In this document: positions 57,443 through 64,000 of the stretch, in pieces
How positions within the stretch are numbered: the first letter of the stretch is position 1
Layout of the letters: every line of letters begins with the position of its first letter
Origin: Verrucomicrobiota bacterium
Lineage (GTDB): Bacteria > Verrucomicrobiota > Verrucomicrobiia > JABWAM01
DNA: 64,000 nucleotides
Assembly: GCA_013288215.1 (NCBI GenBank)
Contig: JABDCI010000003.1
Coordinates: 4,713 to 68,712, forward strand
Direction: 5' to 3'
Translations under genes and position numbers: made by a program
The notes under the pieces: model-generated
Seen by the model: the letters and a program-made list of their open reading frames with translations, nothing else
What the model was told of the DNA's origin: nothing
Database searches by the model: none

Positions 57443-58441
57443 TCAAACCAGCTTGAAGCGCGGAAGATCCTGTGAATCGATGAGACCGACAGGACGTTGT
57501 TTGTCATCGACCACAACCAGATCGTCGATCAGATGTTTTTGAAGAACCTGGAGCGCCTCACCGGCAAGCGCGGAGGAATGAATCGACACCGGCTTCCGTG
57601 TCATTACTTTTTGAATGGGAACCTGGCCAATCTCGTGATTCGCCGCGTAATGACGTGCGAAATCGCCATGCGTGAAAATTCCTGCGAGTTTTCCCTTGGC
57701 GTCCCGCACCGCCACGCATCCGGAGCGTGCTCGCGACATCGCGGTCAAGGCTTCCTGCACCCTTGCCGTTGGGGTTACCACCGCGAACCGGCTTCCCGTG
57801 CGCATCAAGTCGCTTGCCTTAAGAAGCAGCGATTGACCCAGCGAGCCGCCAGGATGAAATTTTGCGAAATCTTCACGTCCAAAACCGCGTTCCTCCAATA
57901 CCACCATCGCCAGGGCGTCGCCTAGTGCCAGCATCGCCGTGGTGCTCGCCGTGGGCGCGAGATTGTGAGGACAGGCTTCCTGTGGCACGCGCGCGCTGAT
58001 CACGACGTCGCTATGTTTGCCAATCGTGGAATTCACTTCGCCCAGGATCGAAAGGATCTTCAAGTCAAAGCGCTTCAGCATCGGAAGGATGCGAATAATC
58101 TCCTCCGTCTCGCCACTGTTGCTCAGAAGAAGGATCACGTCGCCGTCCGAAACGATTCCAAGGTCGCCGTGAAGTGCATCCGTCGCATTCAAGACCACAC
58201 TAGTCGCGCCCGTGCTTGTCAATGTCGACGAAATCTTTTGCCCAATCAGTCCCGACTTCCCGATTCCAGATACGACAATTTTTCCGCGCTTTTGAAGACA
58301 ATCCACGATCAATTCGACGCTAGATGCGAATGCCCCTTCTTGCTGGTCGCGCACAGCCTGAAGGGCAGCGATTTCGATGTCAAAGACTTTGCGTGCGCGA
58401 GCGAGAGCCAGTGGTTGTGAATTCGAGCGCATCCACTTCAT
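57443..58441 (-). CDS. kpsF: Arabinose-5-phosphate isomerase (SIS + tandem CBS; KpsF/GutQ type)
   Basis: VVSGIGKSGLIGQKISSTLTSTG (SIS) and LLSNSGETEE, followed by two CBS repeats. The ORF is open to 58534. Confidence 0.85.
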   Translation of the reverse strand: MKWMRSNSQPLALARARKVFDIEIAALQAVRDQQEGAFASSVELIVDCLQKRGKIVVSGIGKSGLIGQKISSTLTSTGATSVVLNATDALHGDLGIVSDGDVILLLSNSGETEEIIRILPMLKRFDLKILSILGEVNSTIGKHSDVVISARVPQEACPHNLAPTASTTAMLALGDALAMVVLEERGFGREDFAKFHPGGSLGQSLLLKASDLMRTGSRFAVVTPTARVQEALTAMSRARSGCVAVRDAKGKLAGIFTHGDFARHYAANHEIGQVPIQKVMTRKPVSIHSSALAGEALQVLQKHLIDDLVVVDDKQRPVGLIDSQDLPRFKLV

Positions 58442-58588
58442 CAAGCCCAAAAAACGAACAAACGGGAAGCGAAAAAGATTTTGTCCGCCATGGGAGGGGC
58501 CTCTTTTTTTGCGATCGTGAGCCAAACAGGCCAAATTCCGTTCGGTTTTTGATTCGCATTTTCATCATCGTCTCCAAATAGTGGAACT

Positions 58589-60526
58589 ATGACGCAAGCT
58601 TGCTGCGCGCCGCCTTGTGGTACTCCTGAAGATTCAGGAGAATTCGCTCCCTTAAAATTACAGGGCATTCTCACGAGCGTTTGCCTCGTCTTTCTCATCA
58701 CCGGCTGGATTGTTTCCAAAACCATGCACGATGCCAGTTTCTGGATTCCAACAGTCTGTTTTGCTCTGGCATGCTTTTCTGGTGGATTTTTTCCGGTAAA
58801 AGGCGTTTTTGAGGATCTCCGGTCGTTCAAATTCAATATCAACTTCCTGATGGTCATAGCCGCTATTGGCGCCGCCGTGATCGGGCAGCTTATCGAAGGA
58901 GCGATCCTGATGTTTCTTTTTTCGTTGAGCGGCGCACTCGAAAATTACGCAAGTGGACGCACGCGTCGTGCCATACGATCCTTAATGACCCTCTCTCCTC
59001 CCGTCGCCACCGTGCTGCGGGAGGGCATCGAAGAAAGCCTTCCCTCGCATGACTTGAAAATTGGCGACATCCTGCTCGTGCGCCCGGGAGAGCGATTCGC
59101 TGCTGACGGGGTTATTTTAGAAGGCACCACTTCGATTGACCAGAGTTCCATCACTGGGGAATCTATCCCCGTCGATCGAGTTCCTGGCGGGCGCGTCATG
59201 GCTGGAACCATCAATTGTTTCGGCTCTGTGAAGGTCCGCATGGAGTGCGAATTTTCCGATACCACGCTCTCGAAGATTTTCAAAATCGTGGAGGAGGCCC
59301 AGCAGCAAAAAGCACCCACCCAGCGTCTCATCGACAAATTGGGGGGGCCCTACACTTGGATCATTGTCTGCGCCACTCTCCTGACATTTCTGGGCGGCGT
59401 CTTCTGGCAATCCGAGGCCTGGAGGCAAAGTCTCTATCGCGCCATGACGCTCATGGTTGTTTCGTCGCCTTGCGCGCTCGTGCTCTCGATCCCCTCTGCC
59501 GTGCTCGCCGCCATCGCGACAGGAGCATGGCATGGCATCCTTTTCAAAGGAGGCCTCGCCATCGAAACACTGGGCCGTGTCCAAGTCGTGGCATTCGACA
59601 AAACGGGCACACTCACTCAGGGCAAACCGTATCTGGCTGAAAGCCAGTTCGGTCATGGGCTGGACGCAAACATCGTCCTCGCGAACGTCGCGTCGCTCGA
59701 ACAAAATTCCGAGCATCCTCTGGCGCAGGTGCTTGTCGACGAGGCGCGCCGGAGAGAACTCAAGCTCGTCGAGGCCGTGAATAGCCGCGCCATTCCCGGC
59801 ATGGGCATGGAGGGCAGTGTGGAAGGCAGTTTGCTGCGAATCGGAAGCGAAGCCTTTGTTTGCCTTCATGGCGGAATGGAAACGTGGGTGCGAGAGACGC
59901 TCGTGGATTTTCGAACTCGCGGCCTCACATGTCTCGTTGCTGCGTGCGAAAAACCGCTCGCTGTTTTCGGCGTCTCCGACAAATTACGGCCTGACACCGC
60001 CCGAACCATTTGCACACTGCACGAAATGGGGGTGAAAACCGTCATGCTCACCGGCGATCATGTCGCAGCAGCCATGGAATTCTCAAGGCAACTTGGCATT
60101 TCAGATTTTCGCGCCGGCCTCCTGCCACACCAAAAAGTGGAGGCCATTCGTGAACTCGCACGCGAACACACCTATGTCGCCATGGTGGGCGATGGGGTGA
60201 ATGATGCTCCCGCCCTCGTAAGTGCACCTGTGGGAATCGCAATGGGCGGAAGCGGGAGCGATGCAGCGCTTGAAAATGCTGACGTTGTTCTCATGACCGA
60301 CGACATCGGACGCATTCCCGAAATCCTCAAGCTCGCTCGCCGAACCAGGGTCATCATCCGCCAGAATCTGATCTTCGCAATCAGTGTGATCCTCATCCTC
60401 ATCTCCAGCACGTTCCTCGGCAAATTAACGCTTGCCGCAGGCGTGATTGGGCATGAAGGCAGCACCGTGCTTGTCCTCTTCAACAGTCTTCGCCTCTTGC
60501 GCCTGCGGAAACAGACGATCGCGTAA
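58589..60526 (+). CDS. Heavy-metal P1B-type ATPase, P1B-4-like signature
   Basis: 645 aa with DKTGTLT, GDGVNDAPAL, the transmembrane SPC motif (59465-59473) instead of CPC, and HEGST (60452-60466) in the last helix. There is no ferredoxin-like N-terminal metal-binding domain, only a CCAPPC cluster. Confidence 0.88.
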   Translation: MTQACCAPPCGTPEDSGEFAPLKLQGILTSVCLVFLITGWIVSKTMHDASFWIPTVCFALACFSGGFFPVKGVFEDLRSFKFNINFLMVIAAIGAAVIGQLIEGAILMFLFSLSGALENYASGRTRRAIRSLMTLSPPVATVLREGIEESLPSHDLKIGDILLVRPGERFAADGVILEGTTSIDQSSITGESIPVDRVPGGRVMAGTINCFGSVKVRMECEFSDTTLSKIFKIVEEAQQQKAPTQRLIDKLGGPYTWIIVCATLLTFLGGVFWQSEAWRQSLYRAMTLMVVSSPCALVLSIPSAVLAAIATGAWHGILFKGGLAIETLGRVQVVAFDKTGTLTQGKPYLAESQFGHGLDANIVLANVASLEQNSEHPLAQVLVDEARRRELKLVEAVNSRAIPGMGMEGSVEGSLLRIGSEAFVCLHGGMETWVRETLVDFRTRGLTCLVAACEKPLAVFGVSDKLRPDTARTICTLHEMGVKTVMLTGDHVAAAMEFSRQLGISDFRAGLLPHQKVEAIRELAREHTYVAMVGDGVNDAPALVSAPVGIAMGGSGSDAALENADVVLMTDDIGRIPEILKLARRTRVIIRQNLIFAISVILILISSTFLGKLTLAAGVIGHEGSTVLVLFNSLRLLRLRKQTIA

Positions 60527-60590
60527 CATGGCAAAATCGATTCCGATGGAGTCGTTCACAGGGTCCTATTTCACGCAAGACGTGCGATGC

Positions 60591-60938
60591 TTACTTCGCC
60601 TTCATTTTTGCCTCGATCCACGGAGCAAGCACCTGCCCGACTGATTCCTGACCCCAATAGCTGTAATGGAAATCATGCTTCAGAAAAATGGATCCCTGTT
60701 TTGACGCTTCGCGCAACTGCGGTCTCGGATCCAGGAGGTCGCCACGACTCTCCACGTTCGGCAAAAAATCGGTCACGCGCTGAAAAGGCCGATTGAAATC
60801 GATCTGGAACTGTTCCAGGCCCGGATAACGCTTCACCTGCAACGCCCATCGTTCAGGAAAAAGATTTTCTTCGGCGGGCAAGGATCGCCACAAGCCCAAA
60901 AAGAACCAAACCGCTTCTTTGGAAGAACCGGCGAAACT
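60591..60938 (-). pseudogene. C-terminal remnant of an SGNH hydrolase, paralogous to 13147-14379
   Basis: The translation ..KEAVWFFLGLWRSLPAEENLFPERW...GDLLDPRP...KHDFHYSYWGQESVGQVLAPW aligns with residues about 300-412 of the 13147 gene (KEDGCRFCVIGLPGEENLFPERW...GDLLDPRP...QHDPHYTKWGQESIARILADW). The N-terminal three quarters or so, including the GDS block, are absent, and it abuts the aspS stop. Confidence 0.6.
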
Positions 60939-62723
60939 TCATGACGCAGCCAAAGCTTTGATTTCGGTCTGAATCCTCAATTCCCGGAGTTGTTTCGATT
61001 CCACTTCGGCAGGCGAGCCGGTCATGAGATCTTGCGCGCGCGCATTCTTCGGGAATGCAATCACGTCACGAATGCTCTCCGCACCGCAAAGAATCGCTAC
61101 GAGACGGTCCAATCCCAAGGCTATGCCACCGTGCGGCGGGGCCCCAAATCCAAGAGCACGGATCAAATAACCGAAACGCGTTTCCGCAATTTCCTTCGGA
61201 ATCTTGAATACCTCCTCGAAAAGCTTCTTCTGCACTTCGGGCTGATGAATGCGAATCGATCCGCCTCCCAGTTCCACGCCATTAAGCACAATGTCGTAGT
61301 GCTGACCGCGCACCTTCGTCGGTTCCTTTTCCAGGAGCGAGAGATCTTCGGGAATCGGCGCTGTGAACGGATGGTGCGACGCCATATATCGCTGCGCCTC
61401 GGAGTCGAAGTGAATGAGAGGAAAATCCACGACCCAGAAGAAATCGTATACTCCTTTTGGAACCGTCAGTTTTCCCATTTTTTGAAGCATGCCAGCAATC
61501 ACAAGACGCAATTTGCCCAACACTTCGCAAGCTGGTTGCCACTGATCAGCGGCGAAAAGAATCAGATCGCCTTCCTCGATCTTGAGCCCCCGCGTCAGGG
61601 CTTCCTTTTCGGCGTCATTGAAAAACTTCACGATGGGCGATTTCCACGTCCCTCCTTCGGCTTTGATCCACGCGAGCCCCTTTGCGCCGGCCGCTTTGGC
61701 TTGCTCTGTCAAATGATCAATCTGGCCCTGTGTCGCACACGCGAATCCCTTCGCATTCATCGCTTTCACGACACCGCCCGCCGCAACCACACTGGCAAAT
61801 ACCTTAAACGAACTAGCCTTGAACGTCTCTGTGAAATCGTACAGTTCCATTCCCAAACGGCGATCCGGCTTGTCGGTACCGTAGGAATTCATGGCTTGCT
61901 GGAAGGTGATGCGCTCAAGCGGAAGCTTCACTTCATGATCGATGGACGTCTTCCAAATACGCTGCAGCAACCCTTCGATCAGGCGATAAATATCCTCGCG
62001 TTCGATGAATGACATTTCCAAGTCCACCTGCGTGAACTCCGGCTGCCGGTCCGCGCGCAAATCCTCATCACGGAAACAGCGCGCGAGTTGAAAATATTTC
62101 TCGGCACCCGCTACCATGAGAAGCTGCTTGAATTGTTGGGGAGACTGCGGCAACGCATAAAAAAGTCCGGGATTGGCTCGGGAAGGAACCAAATATTCGC
62201 GCGCCCCTTCAGGCGTGCTTTTAAACAGGATGGGCGTCTCGATTTCAAGGAAGCCCTGCTCGTCCAGATAATCACGGATCGTTTTGCAAACCCGGTGACG
62301 CAACTTCAAATTGTGAGCCATCTCCGCACGGCGCAAATCCAGATAACGATATTGCAGGCGCAGATCTTCGTTCACATGTTCCTCGTCCAGGGGATAAGGA
62401 GGCGTCTCGGAGCGGTTCAGAACATCGAGTTGGGTCGCTTTGATTTCGATTTCTCCGGTCGAAAGCTTCAAGTTGACGGTTCCCTCGGGCCGTCCCACCA
62501 CCTCACCTTCGATGCGAATCACAAATTCCGAACGCAAATCATGGGCGGCAGGAAGGCTGTGGGGATCGAGGACGATCTGGGTCAAGCCCTCACGATCCCG
62601 CAAATCAACGAAGACGAGGCCGCCATGATCGCGGCGTGAAGAAACCCAGCCGGAAAGAGTCACTTTCTGTCCGATGTGGGACTTTCTCAACTCGGCGCAA
62701 TGATGAGTACGATAAGAGTTCAA
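60939..62723 (-). CDS. aspS: Aspartate--tRNA ligase
   Basis: 594 aa with a TTG start. Has the OB-fold N-terminus RTHHCAELR, class II motif 2 FRDEDLRADRQPEFTQVD, a GAD insertion, and motif 3 GGIALGLDRL. Confidence 0.92.
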   Translation of the reverse strand: MNSYRTHHCAELRKSHIGQKVTLSGWVSSRRDHGGLVFVDLRDREGLTQIVLDPHSLPAAHDLRSEFVIRIEGEVVGRPEGTVNLKLSTGEIEIKATQLDVLNRSETPPYPLDEEHVNEDLRLQYRYLDLRRAEMAHNLKLRHRVCKTIRDYLDEQGFLEIETPILFKSTPEGAREYLVPSRANPGLFYALPQSPQQFKQLLMVAGAEKYFQLARCFRDEDLRADRQPEFTQVDLEMSFIEREDIYRLIEGLLQRIWKTSIDHEVKLPLERITFQQAMNSYGTDKPDRRLGMELYDFTETFKASSFKVFASVVAAGGVVKAMNAKGFACATQGQIDHLTEQAKAAGAKGLAWIKAEGGTWKSPIVKFFNDAEKEALTRGLKIEEGDLILFAADQWQPACEVLGKLRLVIAGMLQKMGKLTVPKGVYDFFWVVDFPLIHFDSEAQRYMASHHPFTAPIPEDLSLLEKEPTKVRGQHYDIVLNGVELGGGSIRIHQPEVQKKLFEEVFKIPKEIAETRFGYLIRALGFGAPPHGGIALGLDRLVAILCGAESIRDVIAFPKNARAQDLMTGSPAEVESKQLRELRIQTEIKALAAS

Positions 62724-62891
62724 AATTTGGTCTTGGGCAAGTTGAGCATTATGCTTGGTTGATAGAAAAATTTATAGGGAAAAATGCGCCGTTGAGCGGA
62801 TCCTAAGAGATCCTCGCTCTCTTTTGCGGAGTTCGCATGACATTTGAAGCATGCTGGGCGAAGCGAAACATCCTTTCCTCGATCACGACAC

Positions 62892-64000
62892 TCAGTCGCG
62901 ATGCTGTGAAATAGGTTCTGGCATGGTCGAATGGGAAAGACGAGATTCCTGCAAGCGCTTCACAATCCCCTCAACTCCCACCTCGATTTCATCCCGCGTC
63001 ATCAGATTCTTCAGCTTTACCATGCCACGTTTCCACTCATCAGGACCGAGCACGACTGCAAAACGAGATTCCTTTTGCGAAGCAGCCTTAAACTGCTTGC
63101 CTACATTCGTTTCGCTCAATCCGTAATCCACCGAAAAACCGGTGCTTCGAAGCTGGTGGGCCAATGCCAGCATGGGTAGACGAAGTTTTTCATCCACCAG
63201 CACGAGATAGGCGTCCAGTCCTTTCATCAACTTCGCGGGCCAAAGCTTTCTTTCGGTGAGGAGTTCGCCCAAAACGACGTCCCCCATTCCAAAACCCAAT
63301 GCAGGCAGGTCGAAACCTCCTATGGTTTTCAAGAGATTGTCGTAGCGTCCGCCGCCGCTGATCGCACGGAACTCGCCCTTCCGGTCGAATACCTCAAAGA
63401 CGATTCCAGTATAATAGGCCAGGCCACGTACAATGCCTAAATCAAACTCCACATAGGACGCGAGCCCCATTGCGTCCAGAATTCCGAAAAACTGCTGCAG
63501 CACGAGAATGCGGTCGCAGACTGTCTTTGACCCGTCGAATTCTGAGGCAATATCCATGAGTTTTCGCCCATCGAACAACGAAAGCACTTTGGTCGCTTGC
63601 TCTGCCGTCAATCCGCCCGCCACCATGTTGGCATGAATCTTTTCTGTAGGTTCGCGAGTCAATTTATCGACCGCTTGAAACACCGCCTTCTGACCATCAG
63701 CCTTGATACCAAGCGCCTCGAGTAAAGCCGCGAGAAGAGGGCGATCACTCACGCGCACCCAAATATCCTTCTCTGTCAGTCCGAACGAGCATAGGCAATC
63801 GACGAGCAATGCCACGAGCTCAGCATCAGCCGCAGGACCTGCCTCGCCGAGAATGTCACAGTTGAATTGAAAATGCTCACGCAAGCGCCCGCGTTGCTGG
63901 CGTTCGTAACGAAAGAGCTGTGGGATCGAGAACCATTTGATCGGTTTGGGCAATGATGTGCCACGACTCGCCACCATCCGGGCCAGAGAGGGCGTCATTT
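62892..64000 (-). CDS. hisS: Histidine--tRNA ligase (N-terminus lies beyond the window end)
   Basis: (LRPE)MTPSLARMVA, motif 2 FRYERQQRGRLREHFQFNCDILG, GGGRYDNL, and a C-terminal anticodon-binding domain. The reading frame is still open at 64000. Confidence 0.9.
   Translation of the reverse strand, partial: MTPSLARMVASRGTSLPKPIKWFSIPQLFRYERQQRGRLREHFQFNCDILGEAGPAADAELVALLVDCLCSFGLTEKDIWVRVSDRPLLAALLEALGIKADGQKAVFQAVDKLTREPTEKIHANMVAGGLTAEQATKVLSLFDGRKLMDIASEFDGSKTVCDRILVLQQFFGILDAMGLASYVEFDLGIVRGLAYYTGIVFEVFDRKGEFRAISGGGRYDNLLKTIGGFDLPALGFGMGDVVLGELLTERKLWPAKLMKGLDAYLVLVDEKLRLPMLALAHQLRSTGFSVDYGLSETNVGKQFKAASQKESRFAVVLGPDEWKRGMVKLKNLMTRDEIEVGVEGIVKRLQESRLSHSTMPEPISQHRD

Noticed and set aside
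58442-58588. Looked for a NiCo (czcD-motif) riboswitch upstream of the P1B-4 ATPase.
   Set aside because: No paired conserved ACAG-containing junctions were recognisable, and the spacer is short and A/T-rich. The question remains unverified without a covariance-model search.
60990-62012. 340-aa ORF on the plus strand.
   Set aside because: It is antisense to aspS and has no motifs.
1-64000. Scan for CRISPR arrays, IS elements or transposases, integrases, prophage genes, toxin-antitoxin pairs and known defence-system genes.
   Set aside because: No regularly spaced repeats, terminal inverted repeats or recognisable mobile or defence protein motifs were seen. The tRNA genes are not flanked by integrase-like ORFs.

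Overview
This is a gene-dense 64-kb chromosomal segment from a diderm bacterium, judged by Tol-Pal, a Pal lipoprotein, outer-membrane porins, an LPS-core-type heptosyltransferase and KpsF. The taxon cannot be assigned from the sequence alone. I can support about 58 protein-coding genes, 2 tRNAs (Arg-UCU, Pro-UGG), 3 gene relics or pseudogenes, and a few regulatory candidates. Most of the content is core metabolism: galK, miaA, purM-purF, purU, folP, uppP, pyrD, malQ, hisF, hisI, trpE, hemB, aspS, hisS (cut by the window end), rpoN, a UvrD/PcrA-type helicase and mgtA. There is also a tolQ-tolR-tolA-tolB-pal-tatA block, and a contiguous molybdenum-cofactor block (moaA-mobA-moaD-moaE-moaC/B-moeA) joined to an assimilatory nitrate reductase and NarK. 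I saw no rRNA, CRISPR, transposase, integrase, phage or recognisable defence genes. The least ordinary stretch is about 6.4-16 kb. It holds a secreted glycosidase, an AraC regulator, ApbE plus a secreted FMN-binding protein plus a porin facing a His-rich 4-TM protein, an SGNH hydrolase and an OprB porin. The ApbE/FMN-binding/porin/4-TM set is my best candidate for an uncharacterised envelope electron-transfer module. Other points worth a second look:
- A full-consensus sigma-54 promoter abuts the narK start, next to rpoN.
- A 1-nt frameshift splits an MBL-fold hydrolase.
- Two C-terminal gene relics (a histidine-kinase tail after pyrD, an SGNH-hydrolase tail after aspS) each lie in frame directly behind a housekeeping stop codon.
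- A metal ATPase carries the P1B-4-type signature (SPC/HEGST).
- An EIIA-Ntr-like gene is coupled to mgtA rather than to rpoN.
All functional calls come from motif recognition by eye on the supplied ORF translations. No database search was run.
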